Source: Planctomycetota bacterium
GTDB lineage: Bacteria; Planctomycetota; MHYJ01; WSZJ01; JACPWG01
Reading direction: 5' to 3'
Assembly: GCA_016220045.1 (NCBI GenBank)
Contig: JACRIP010000076.1
Location: 1-30,949, forward strand
DNA: 30,949 nt
Under the pieces are notes generated by a model. It did no database searches. It was not told the DNA's origin and saw only the letters and a list, made by a program, of their open reading frames with translations. Made by a program: the position numbers and the translations under genes. This document shows positions 8,391-16,746 of the stretch, in pieces (position 1 is the first letter of the stretch; the number at the start of each line of letters is the position of its first letter).

Positions 8391-9284
8391 TCAATGCGGC
8401 TTGCCGGGCGCGTCGGGGCCACCCGGCGGGTCGGGGCTCTCCAGCTTGCCGGGTTTGTCGGCCTTCGGCGCGATCTCGACCGACCAGCCTTCCGCGCGCG
8501 TGTCCTTCGGCCAGCCGACCACCGGCAGATCGATCTTGCCGGGCCCGGGACCGGGACCCGTCGCCGCCGCGCCCCCGCCGCCCCGCCCCAGATCCTTCGA
8601 CCACACCGTGCCCCGCTCGTTGATGATGAAGGACCGTCTCCCGGTCTCTTCGTACTTCGCCGGCACGGCGCAGAAGCCGAACTTGGCGGTGTTCGTGAGG
8701 GACTTCCCGTCGCCGTCCTGGTCGCGCGCGTAGGCCTCGCCCGTGTCGTCGGTCTTGAGGACGTAGAACAGGTAACCACCGTAGGGAACCGAAGCGCCCG
8801 CCGCCACGCGGTTGCCGGGCAACGGCAGGACGTCCGCGCTCGCCAGCGCCACGTCCACGCGATCGGGGCAGTACTTGAGCAGGCCCGCCACGTCGGCCGT
8901 CCAGTAGTCGTGCGCCTGGTTCGCGTCCTTGTCGCTCATGTCGATGATTTCCTCGGCCGCGCGCATCCGGTGCAAGGCCTCCATCGCCGAAGTCTCGTTC
9001 AGGAGCAGCCGATTCTCGTGGTACTTGGGCCAGTACCAGGACCAGACGAACCACCCGACGACCCAGAGGATCGACCAGATGATGCCGCCCGCGATGCCGG
9101 CCAGGGCCAGCCCGCGGCCACGCAGCACGCCCCCGCTGCCCTTGATGTGCGCGAGCCCGAGCGCGCCGAGGGCGATGCCCAGGAGGGCGGTGACCCCGAG
9201 GAACCCGAAAATGCCGCAAACGCAGGCGGCGACCGCGGCGCGCGCGTTGCGGACTTCGCGGGGCAGTACCGAGTAGGCATCCAT
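8391..9284 (-). CDS. DUF4190-like membrane anchor plus DUF2950-like domain protein
   Basis: N-terminal two-TM motif LGIALGALGLAHIKGSGGVLRGRGLALAGI (DUF4190-like). C-terminal YGGYLF...FGFCAVPAKYEETGRRSFIINERGTVWSKDLG resembles the DUF2950 C-terminus. Confidence 0.65.
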   Translation of the reverse strand: MDAYSVLPREVRNARAAVAACVCGIFGFLGVTALLGIALGALGLAHIKGSGGVLRGRGLALAGIAGGIIWSILWVVGWFVWSWYWPKYHENRLLLNETSAMEALHRMRAAEEIIDMSDKDANQAHDYWTADVAGLLKYCPDRVDVALASADVLPLPGNRVAAGASVPYGGYLFYVLKTDDTGEAYARDQDGDGKSLTNTAKFGFCAVPAKYEETGRRSFIINERGTVWSKDLGRGGGGAAATGPGPGPGKIDLPVVGWPKDTRAEGWSVEIAPKADKPGKLESPDPPGGPDAPGKPH

Positions 9285-9300
9285 GCTGCGTGCGTGAACC

Positions 9301-10368
9301 TCAGCTACGGGGGACAGGGTTGCCGGCGTCGCGCCGGTCGGCGTCGCGCCGGTCGGCGTCGCGCCGGTCGGCGCGCGCCCGCGCGACCGCCAGGGCCGCC
9401 TCGACCGCGGCGAGTCTCCGCCCCAGGCGGACGATGTGGCATACGGCGGTTCCCGGATGGACCATCGGGATGTTCGTGGTCGAGACCACGAGGCCGTCGC
9501 ACGGCGCGGGGATGGCCGAGACGTCGCGCCCGAAGGGACGGGTGCTGGTCGCGAGGTTGTCGCCGCGCCGGACGACGGCGCCCGGCCGGCAGTGCATCAT
9601 CAGGATGCCGCCGCGCGGCGCGCGCACCCAGACCGAATGGCGCACGCGCACGCGAAAGGCCGGCCGTCGCCGCGGCGCGTCGTACATGTCGAACGCCCGC
9701 AGCACGTTCTGCACGCCGCGCACGCCGCGTTGGACGTACTTGCGTTGGAATTTCAGGCTCTCGCCGGCCTCGAACACGATGGTCGGGATCCCATGCCGGA
9801 CCGCGGCGGCGCGCAACGACTTCTCGTGGCCCGGGAAATCGAACACCACCTCGGCGCCGAACGCGCGCGCCAGCCGTGCCGTGCCCGGGTCCGACAGGTC
9901 CGCGCGCACGTGCGGCAGGTTGGTGCGCCCGCGCGTCGCCGTGTGCAGGTCAATCCCGTAGTCGCAAAGCGTCAGCACCTTCGTGAACAGCGCGTGCGCC
10001 ATCTGCGCCGCCACGTTGCCGTCCGGAGATCCGGGGAAGTAGCGGTTCAGGTCCGTCCCGTCCGGCAGGTAGCGGCTGAGCGCGAACATGCCGAACGGGT
10101 TGAGCACGGGCACCAGGATCACCGTGCCCGCGAGACGCTCCGGCACGATGGCGAGGCTGAGGCGGCGGACCACCTCGACGCCGTTCAGTTCGTCGCCGTG
10201 CACCGCGGCCGTGACGAAGAGGCGCGGTCCGGGGCGGGCGCCGTGGAGGACGGTCAGCGGGGCGTGGACCGGCGCCGCGGTGTAGCTCTCGCTGACCGGA
10301 AGTTTCATCTCCTTGCGATGGCCCGGCTCGACGGTCGTGCCGTCTAGCGTGAAGGCCCGCTGACGCAC
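9301..10368 (-). CDS. Succinylglutamate desuccinylase / aspartoacylase family (M14-like) protein
   Basis: Zinc motifs AAVHGDELNGVE, DLNRYFPG, IDLHT and FEAGE, plus a C-terminal biotinyl-like domain. GTG start at 10368 overlaps the rimK 3' end. Confidence 0.92.
   Translation of the reverse strand: MRQRAFTLDGTTVEPGHRKEMKLPVSESYTAAPVHAPLTVLHGARPGPRLFVTAAVHGDELNGVEVVRRLSLAIVPERLAGTVILVPVLNPFGMFALSRYLPDGTDLNRYFPGSPDGNVAAQMAHALFTKVLTLCDYGIDLHTATRGRTNLPHVRADLSDPGTARLARAFGAEVVFDFPGHEKSLRAAAVRHGIPTIVFEAGESLKFQRKYVQRGVRGVQNVLRAFDMYDAPRRRPAFRVRVRHSVWVRAPRGGILMMHCRPGAVVRRGDNLATSTRPFGRDVSAIPAPCDGLVVSTTNIPMVHPGTAVCHIVRLGRRLAAVEAALAVARARADRRDADRRDADRRDAGNPVPRS
9324..9373. repeat. 15-bp tandem repeat x3.3 encoding the (RRDAD)n tail of the deacylase
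   Basis: CGGCGTCGCGCCGGT exact at 9324, 9339 and 9354, plus a partial copy. Confidence 0.9.
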
Positions 10369-11255
10369 AGCTTCTTCCTCTCGCCCACGGCCTTGACGGC
10401 ATGCTCGACGATGGCGCCCGCGATGTCGATGCCGGTGGCCTCTTCGAGCCCCTGGAAGCCGGGGGAGGAATTCACCTCGAGCACCAGCGGGCCGTCGTTC
10501 GACTCCAGGAGATCGACGCCCGCGACCTCGAGGCCGACCACGCGCGCGGCCTGAACCGCGAGGCGTTCGAGCGCGCGCGACAGCGTCACCGCCTCGCCCA
10601 CGCCCCCGCGATGGATGTTGGAGCGGAACTCGCCTTCGCAGGCGTGGCGGCGCATGGCGGCGACGGCGGTGCCGCCGATCACGAGCACGCGCAGGTCGCG
10701 GCCGCGCGATTCCGTGATGAAGCGCTGGAGGAGGACGTCCTCGCCGAGGGACCAGAGCGCGTCGGTGGTGGAGCGGACGGCCTGGGGCGAGTCGGCGACC
10801 ATGACGCCGGTGCCCTGGGTGCCGCGCACGAGCTTGAGGATGGCGGGGGCGCCGCCGATCGCGTCGAGCGCGCGCGGGATGTCCTTCGGGGACCGGGTAA
10901 TTACTGTAGTCGGGACGGGAAGGCCGGCGCGGGCGAGGGCCTGGAGGCAGGCGAGCTTGTCCTTGGCGCACTCGATGGCGTGCCAGGGGTTGAGGGTGGG
11001 AATGCCGAGGTCGTTGAAGGCGCGGATGAGGGCGATGCCGTGGCGGGCGGCGTAGACGCCGACGCGCGGGATGACGGCATCGACGCTTTTGAGGTCGGTG
11101 CCGCCCTTGAAGATGCGCGCGCCGCCGGCTTCGACGAGGATGGAGCAGGCGAGGGGATCAACCACGCGGCAGTCGAGGCCCGAGAGCTTGGCCGACTCGC
11201 GCAGGCGGCGGGTGGAGTAGAGCGAGCCTTTGCGCGACAGGATCATCAGCTTCAT
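10344..11255 (-). CDS. rimK: RimK-family ATP-grasp alpha-L-glutamate ligase
   Basis: MKLMILSRKGSLYSTRRL, DAVIPRVG, AKDKLACLQ, GTQGTGV, GRDLRVLVIG, FRSNIHRGG, AGVDLL and EVNSSPGFQGLE. Confidence 0.93.
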   Translation of the reverse strand: MKLMILSRKGSLYSTRRLRESAKLSGLDCRVVDPLACSILVEAGGARIFKGGTDLKSVDAVIPRVGVYAARHGIALIRAFNDLGIPTLNPWHAIECAKDKLACLQALARAGLPVPTTVITRSPKDIPRALDAIGGAPAILKLVRGTQGTGVMVADSPQAVRSTTDALWSLGEDVLLQRFITESRGRDLRVLVIGGTAVAAMRRHACEGEFRSNIHRGGVGEAVTLSRALERLAVQAARVVGLEVAGVDLLESNDGPLVLEVNSSPGFQGLEEATGIDIAGAIVEHAVKAVGERKKLCVSGPSR

Positions 11256-11328
11256 GCCGGGCCTCACCAAGGGAGGGCACCCGCCGGGGGGACGCGGAGG
11301 CGCCCGGCCGACGGAGGAATCGACGGCC

Positions 11329-11358
11329 AGTCTACCCGCCGCGCCCGCCGCCGGGCAA
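11329..11358 (-). promoter_or_regulatory. Possible promoter for the rimK run
   Basis: Minus strand TTGCCC-18 bp-TAGACT. Confidence 0.35.
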
Positions 11359-11410
11359 CGGAAATCGGGGCGGGAACGGGCTGGGTGCACGACCGTACCT
11401 GCGCATTGCT

Positions 11411-11518
11411 GTAGGGGCGCCCCTTGTGGGCGCCCAGCAGCACCGACGTTGCCGGCAGGCGGGGCGGACATCCCCCTTCGCCTCCGGCTATGGGGGACAG
11501 GCCAAGGCCCGCCCCTGC
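11411..11518 (+). repeat. 108-bp REP-doublet-like element, copy A
   Basis: Starts GTAG followed by the palindrome GGGCGCCC-CTTGT-GGGCGCCC and ends CGCCCCTGC. 98/108 ungapped identity to 21630-21737 by manual alignment. Confidence 0.9.
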
Positions 11519-11640
11519 AGATCGACGGGGTATCCGTCGGCATGACGGGTCGTGCGCCCCAACACTCCCGCGCGGCAGGCGCCGGTCGGGGGTCTTCCGG
11601 CTCGCGCGACCGACGCCGCGGAGCGCGCCGACCCATCCTC

Positions 11641-11673
11641 GGGGGGCGTCGGGACGCCCCCCTGATGTCCTAC
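11641..11673 (-). repeat. GTAG-headed REP-like palindrome
   Basis: Minus strand GTAGGACATCA followed by the GGGGGGCGTC/GACGCCCCCC hairpin. Its GTAG supplies the TAG stop of ORF 11670-12146. Confidence 0.55.
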
Positions 11674-12146
11674 GGCCGCTGTGGCCGATCGGCAGGCGAA
11701 CGGGTCCAGCTCGTCCGCAGTCCGATGAAATGGAGGCGGTCGACGCACACCGCGACTCGGCCGATCCAGCGACCGCCGATGTCCGGACCCCACCGCTCGC
11801 CGAGCGTGACCAGATCGCCCTCCCCAAAGAACTTGAGCACGGGCGCGACGTAGAAGAGCCCGCGTGTCGCGAAGTCCCGCGGACCATCGGCCGCAGGGCG
11901 CAAGCCGGCGTCATCCACCACCCACAGGCGACGGAGCACACTGCCGATCTCGCCCCTTGCGGCATCTCCGTACTCGGCTTGGGCAATGTAGATGCCATCG
12001 AACCGGGGGAGTGCGTCCACGGAAAGGCGATAGGTGCGGGCCATGCGTTCCGCGAAATGCTGCGACCTGTGCACGCGCCACATCAGCGCGAGCTTGCGGG
12101 CGAGGTGCAGCGCGACGGCGGTTTCAGTCCAGACGATTCGATTCAC
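11670..12146 (-). pseudogene. Chimeric ORF: first ~11 codons of a RelE/ParE-type toxin fused to unrelated coding sequence
   Basis: GTG start overlaps the antitoxin stop (GTGA). MNRIVWTETAV matches the usual RelE/ParE N-terminal strand and helix start, but the remaining ~147 aa show no recognisable RelE/ParE pattern. Confidence 0.6.
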
Positions 12147-12331
12147 TTGCCCCTGCCGAATCGGCGCTTCACTTCATCGTGCGTGAGGACGCGGCCCTCG
12201 TCCGCGGCTTTCAATCCCGCTTCGATCTTCTTCCGCACGTAGATCTGATCCAAGACCTCCTCCCACGTGCTGGTTTCGGGCAAGTCGCGAATCAGGGCGA
12301 TCGCGGCGCGCTTCGCAGGGGGACGTGGCAT
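12143..12331 (-). CDS. Small antitoxin of the type usually paired with RelE/ParE toxins
   Basis: 62 aa, AKRAAIALIRDLPETSTWEEVLDQIYVRKKIEAGLKAADEGRVLTHDEVKRRF. GGAGGT SD. Confidence 0.8.
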   Translation of the reverse strand: MPRPPAKRAAIALIRDLPETSTWEEVLDQIYVRKKIEAGLKAADEGRVLTHDEVKRRFGRGK

Positions 12332-12392
12332 GGCAAACCTCCCTGAATGCGGTGGTCACCGTGGGATTCCAGACAATCCTGCCGTATGCCCG

Positions 12393-14600
12393 CTATCCCT
12401 GCGGCAGGTGCACCTGGATCCGGAGCGTCGCCGTCCACCGCTCCCCCGGGCCGAGCGCCAGCCGCCAGCGCGGCAGCACCACCGAATTCTGGTAGACCGC
12501 CTCGAACCCGCCCTCGCTGTTCGACACCGTCTGCACCGGGAAGATCCACACCCCCGCCGGCGCGCTCCAGCCCAGCCGCACCGCGATCCCCTGCCATTCG
12601 TCCACCAGCCCGAACCCCTCCTGCTCCCGGAAATCCCCTACCGTCACCAGCGGCCCCACGTTGCGCCCGCCCCCATCCACGTAGAACCGATCGTGCGCAT
12701 TCCCCGCCAGCAACGAGAAATTCGTCTCCACCGCGAACACCGTGTCCAGCCGCGCCGCCGCGAGATTCGTCACCTCGTAGCGCACCTCCAGCAGCGCGCG
12801 CTCCGGCTCCGGCAGCCGCAGCACCTTCGCAACCCGCACCCGGCGGGCCTCGCCGGGACCCGCGCCCGCGCCCGCGCCCGCGCCTCCGCCGTCGCCGACC
12901 GTCACCGCGCCCTCGCGCACCAGCGTCAGCGCGGCCTCCCCGGCCCCGCCCGCCGCCGTCACCCGGTACTCGCCCGGCACGAAGTCGCCGCGCTCCCCGG
13001 CCCGGCCCGCCGCCACTTCGTCCACGTGCGGCTCGTCCGCGAAAAAATGCTCCACCAGCGTCTCGCGCGCGTACGCGTCGTAGATCAGCAGCCGATCCAG
13101 GCCCGGCCGCTTCGCCAGGATCTGGTTGTCGATCCCCACCGCCGTCTCCAGGTTCTCCACGTAGACCGCCCGCCCCACGTTGCGGTGATACGCCTCCGGC
13201 CGCCGCGACAGGCCGTTCATCAGGTTGAAGTCCTTCGCCAGCAGGTCCAGTTCGTAGACGTGCCCGCCGCGTGCCGGCGCCACGTAGACATTCAGCGCTG
13301 CGTTCGACAGCCGGACCTCCTCCCGCCCGTCGCGATCGAAGTCCTCCCGCACGGTCTCGGCGAACGGCCCGGCCGGGCGGCAGGCCTTCTCGGCGCGCAG
13401 GAGGTGGCGGTAGATCGCGTCCCGCAGGTGGGGCAGGTAGAGCCCGCCGAACACCCCGTGCCAGTAGGCGCAGTTGCACTGGCCGCGATAGAGGTCGCGC
13501 CGCGCCTCGGCCCGCACCCCAGCCCGTTCACCGGGCGTTTCCCCGAGCGCCGCCACGCGCCCGCTGACCTCCAGCATCTTGGCGTACATTTGCGCCGCTT
13601 CGGGGTAGCGCGCGCGGAAGTTGCGCCAGGAGCCGCCGCGCAGGTAGTGGCGCGCGCGCTCGAACAGCCCGGCGCGCTTGAGCTCCTCCACCATCCCCTC
13701 GTACGCCGTCAGGCTCGCGGGCGGCAGCACCCACTCCCCCATCTCGCGGTAGGAGCAGTCGGGCAGCCAGATCCGGCCGCGCGGCGGAAGCCGGTCGAGC
13801 GCCTCCGCGAAGTGCGTCATGCGCAGCCAGGAGGCGTTGCGTTCGAGTTCGGTGAAGAGGCGGTCGAGCCAGCGTTCGCGGTAGATGAGCTTGTGGGTGC
13901 GCGGCCAGCCGCCGAACTTCTCGCCGTCGTCCGCGTAGACGGCGACGCGCGCGCCGTCCGCGGTCGCGTAGCCGCGCAGGCACTCGATCGTCGCCTCCGG
14001 GTCTTTCCAGGGAATCGCGTAGCGCAGATCCTCGTCGATCGGAAAGACCTTGAGGAGGCGACCTTCGTCCTCGGTCGTGAAGTAGCCGGAAAGGTCGGCG
14101 GGCGGAATGCCGGCGGCCTTGAAGTGGGAGTCGTCGAGCACGGTGAACTCGACGCCGGCCTCGGCCATGGCGGAGGCAAGCCCCTGTTCCCAGACGCGTT
14201 CGGCGAGCCAGGCGCCGCGCGGGCGGGCGCCGAAGAGCATCTCCAGGTGATCGCCGTAGTCACGGAGCTGGCCGACGCGGTCGCGGCGCGGCAGCATGGG
14301 GAGGATGGGCTCGTAGTAGGCTCCGCCCAGGATTTCGCAGCGGCCGGCCGCGACGAGGCGCCGCACGCGGTCGAGGTAGGCGGGCCGGCGCGCCTCCAGC
14401 CAGTCGAGGAGCGGGCCGCTGGTGTGGAGGGAGAAGCGCACGCCCGGATGGGCCTCGACCACGTCGAGAAAGGGCGCGTAGGCCTGGTCGAAGGCCTGAT
14501 CGAGGACCGAGTCGAAGTTCCCGACCGGCTGGTGGTCGTGCAGCGCGAAGATAAAATTGACCGTGGGGGCGGGTCCGGGGGTGGGCGAGGTCGTATCCAT
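12393..14600 (-). CDS. GH57 4-alpha-glucanotransferase / alpha-amylase (with DUF1926-like C-terminal domain)
   Basis: Conserved region HDHQPVGNF, nucleophile region GAWLAERVWE, acid/base region DDGEKFGGWP, then GQCNCAYWHGVFGGLYLPHLR. Start ATG 14600 (14648 possible); the track's start at 14822 reads through REP DNA. Confidence 0.93.
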   Translation of the reverse strand: MDTTSPTPGPAPTVNFIFALHDHQPVGNFDSVLDQAFDQAYAPFLDVVEAHPGVRFSLHTSGPLLDWLEARRPAYLDRVRRLVAAGRCEILGGAYYEPILPMLPRRDRVGQLRDYGDHLEMLFGARPRGAWLAERVWEQGLASAMAEAGVEFTVLDDSHFKAAGIPPADLSGYFTTEDEGRLLKVFPIDEDLRYAIPWKDPEATIECLRGYATADGARVAVYADDGEKFGGWPRTHKLIYRERWLDRLFTELERNASWLRMTHFAEALDRLPPRGRIWLPDCSYREMGEWVLPPASLTAYEGMVEELKRAGLFERARHYLRGGSWRNFRARYPEAAQMYAKMLEVSGRVAALGETPGERAGVRAEARRDLYRGQCNCAYWHGVFGGLYLPHLRDAIYRHLLRAEKACRPAGPFAETVREDFDRDGREEVRLSNAALNVYVAPARGGHVYELDLLAKDFNLMNGLSRRPEAYHRNVGRAVYVENLETAVGIDNQILAKRPGLDRLLIYDAYARETLVEHFFADEPHVDEVAAGRAGERGDFVPGEYRVTAAGGAGEAALTLVREGAVTVGDGGGAGAGAGAGPGEARRVRVAKVLRLPEPERALLEVRYEVTNLAAARLDTVFAVETNFSLLAGNAHDRFYVDGGGRNVGPLVTVGDFREQEGFGLVDEWQGIAVRLGWSAPAGVWIFPVQTVSNSEGGFEAVYQNSVVLPRWRLALGPGERWTATLRIQVHLPQG

Positions 14601-14783
14601 GTGCCGCCGTGCGCAGTCGGTTTCAGAGACAACCGTAATGTCGCCCATCCAGGGCTCCGGCCGCCATGGATCCCTGCCCGGGTGTTCGCCCGTGGCGGCT
14701 GCAAGGCTGCCGCGGCGGGCGGGAACGCCTCGTTCTGGGGATCGAGCCCGCCCCGCGAGACTCCGACGCCGGACACCTCGCGG

Positions 14784-14984
14784 CGCAGGCCGGAAGGCCT
14801 GCGCCACAAAGGTTCCGCGCACATCATAGTTGACTTCGGGAGGGCGCCGGTAACTGTGGTGCAGGCCTTCCGGCCTGCACCGAACGGCCCAAAATCGTCG
14901 CCGCTTGCGCCAGCCGCTTCAGGTGAAGGCTACGCCGAAGACGAAGCGCCATGGGCCCATCGCTCCGCCTGAAGGCGGAACTAC
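14784..14984. repeat. Cluster of four REP-like palindromes
   Basis: Inverted pair GTGG(C/T)GCAGGCCTTCCGGCCTGC at 14784-14807 (minus) and 14856-14879 (plus). Minus-strand GTAGCCTTCACCTGAAGCGG (14914-14933) and GTAGTTCCGCCTTCAGGCGG (14965-14984). Confidence 0.75.
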
Positions 14985-15083
14985 AAACGAGCCGGTTGGC
15001 CGAGCTACGGTCCTGGGCACCGCGGACGGTCCGCCTGCCTGGGGCGGCGACTGGCGCTGTCGGGTCAAGTCCGACTGCGCTTG

Positions 15084-15175
15084 CGATAACTGCCAAACTT
15101 CCAAACTGCGCAACCGCCAAACCTGCACGCGAGCACGCGGGCGTCCGCCGAACCGCACGACCGCACGACCGCGCC
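15084..15175 (+). repeat. Octamer arrays downstream of glgA
   Basis: GCCAAACT, TCCAAACT, GCGCAACC, GCCAAACC (15092-15123) and ACCGCACG x2 plus ACCGCGCC (15152-15175). Confidence 0.65.
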
Positions 15176-15177
15176 GA

Positions 15178-16647
15178 CTACGCCCGCCCGGCGCAGAGCT
15201 TCTCGAAGAGCGCGGCGTACTCCTGCGCGCTGCGGCGCCAGGACCAGTCCTGCGCCATACCGGTGCGCACCATCCGCAGCCACGCCTCGTTCGTGCCGCC
15301 GTCGTAGAGCTTGATCGCCCGCGCGATCGCCGCGAGCAGCTCCTCGGCGTTGTACTTCTTGAAGACGAACCCGGTCGCGCTCCCCGCCGCCAGGCTCTCC
15401 GGCGTCGCATCCACCACCGTGTCCGCCAGCCCGCCGGTCTCGCGCACCAGCGGCACCGACCCGTAGCGCAGGCCATAGAGCTGGTTCAGGCCGCACGGCT
15501 CGTAGCGCGACGGCATCAGGAAGAGATCCGCGCCCGCATGGATCTCGTGCGCGAGCTGGTTGTTGAACCCGATCACCGCCGCCAGCTTCTTCGGGTGCTT
15601 GCCCGCCAGCGAGGTGATCGCCTTATGGTACTTCTCCTCACCCGTCCCCAGCACGGCGAGCTGGACGTCGAGCCGGAGCAGGCCCTCGAGCACCTGCAGC
15701 AGCAGGTCCACGCCCTTGTGGTCCACCAGCCGCCCGATCCAGCCGAGCACCGGCGCCGCGCTCGCCGGGAAGCCGAGCTTCTTCTGCAGCCACGCCTTGC
15801 ACGCCGCCTTGCCCCGCAGGTCCGCCGCCGAGTACGCCGCCGGGATCAGCTTGTCCGTCGCCGGGTCCCAGGCCGCCATGTCGATCCCGTTCGGCACCCC
15901 GGAAAGGTCGCGCTGCCGGTCCGCGAGCACCCCCTCCATCCCGCACCCGAACTCCCGCGTCTGGATCTCCTGCGCATACCGCCGGCTCACCGTCGTGATC
16001 GCGTCCGCAAAGACCAATCCCCCCTTCAGGAGGTTGAGCTTGCCCCAGAACTCGAGCTGCCGCCAGTTGAAGAGCGACCAGTCGAGCCCGGTCAGGTTCA
16101 TGTCCCAATGCCAGAACAGGCCCTGGTACGCGAGATTATGCACGGTAATCACCGTACGCGACTTCGCAAACACCGGGTCGGCGGCGTAGAGCGTCTTGCG
16201 GTAGACGGGCACGAGCGCGGTCTGCCAGTCGTGGCAATGGACGACGTCGTACGCCACGCCGAGCCGGCGGATGCCCTCGAGCGCCGCGCGGCAGTAGAAG
16301 ACGAAGCGCTCCGCATTGTCCGGGTAATCGCCCGAGGCGTCCCCGTAGAGCCCAGGACGGCCGAACAGCTCGTCTTCCTGGACCAGGTAGACCGGGATCA
16401 GGGTCTTCGGCAGCGTCGACTTCCAGAGGCGCGCCGTGCGCACCCGCGGACCGACCGGCACCGGATAGGGCTCGCCGACGGCGACCAGGTCGCGCGCCGC
16501 CTCGCGCGCGCCGGCATAGAGCGGCAGCACCAGGGCGACCTGGTGCCCCAGGGACTCCAGCGCGGCCGGCAGGCTGCCCGCCACGTCGCCCAGCCCGCCG
16601 GTCTTCGCGAAAGGCACCGCCTCCGGGGAGATCTCAAGGATGCGCAT
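15178..16647 (-). CDS. glgA: Glycogen synthase
   Basis: EAVPFAKTGGLGDV, VHCHDWQT, TVHNLAYQG, NGIDMAAWDP, PSRYEPCGLNQLY and TGGLADTV. Confidence 0.97.
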   Translation of the reverse strand: MRILEISPEAVPFAKTGGLGDVAGSLPAALESLGHQVALVLPLYAGAREAARDLVAVGEPYPVPVGPRVRTARLWKSTLPKTLIPVYLVQEDELFGRPGLYGDASGDYPDNAERFVFYCRAALEGIRRLGVAYDVVHCHDWQTALVPVYRKTLYAADPVFAKSRTVITVHNLAYQGLFWHWDMNLTGLDWSLFNWRQLEFWGKLNLLKGGLVFADAITTVSRRYAQEIQTREFGCGMEGVLADRQRDLSGVPNGIDMAAWDPATDKLIPAAYSAADLRGKAACKAWLQKKLGFPASAAPVLGWIGRLVDHKGVDLLLQVLEGLLRLDVQLAVLGTGEEKYHKAITSLAGKHPKKLAAVIGFNNQLAHEIHAGADLFLMPSRYEPCGLNQLYGLRYGSVPLVRETGGLADTVVDATPESLAAGSATGFVFKKYNAEELLAAIARAIKLYDGGTNEAWLRMVRTGMAQDWSWRRSAQEYAALFEKLCAGRA

Positions 16648-16746
16648 GGTCGATTCCGTCGATCGAAAGAGCGTTGCAGGTCGTACGTTTGCCGAGCGCG
16701 CGAGGGCGGATTGCGGATTTCCCCGCCATCAGCCCCGCATCCCCCC

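Noticed and set aside
14601-14822. N-terminal extension of the GH57 ORF to 14822
   Set aside because: It translates through a REP palindrome (VAQAFRPA); homology-type motifs begin only after ATG 14600.
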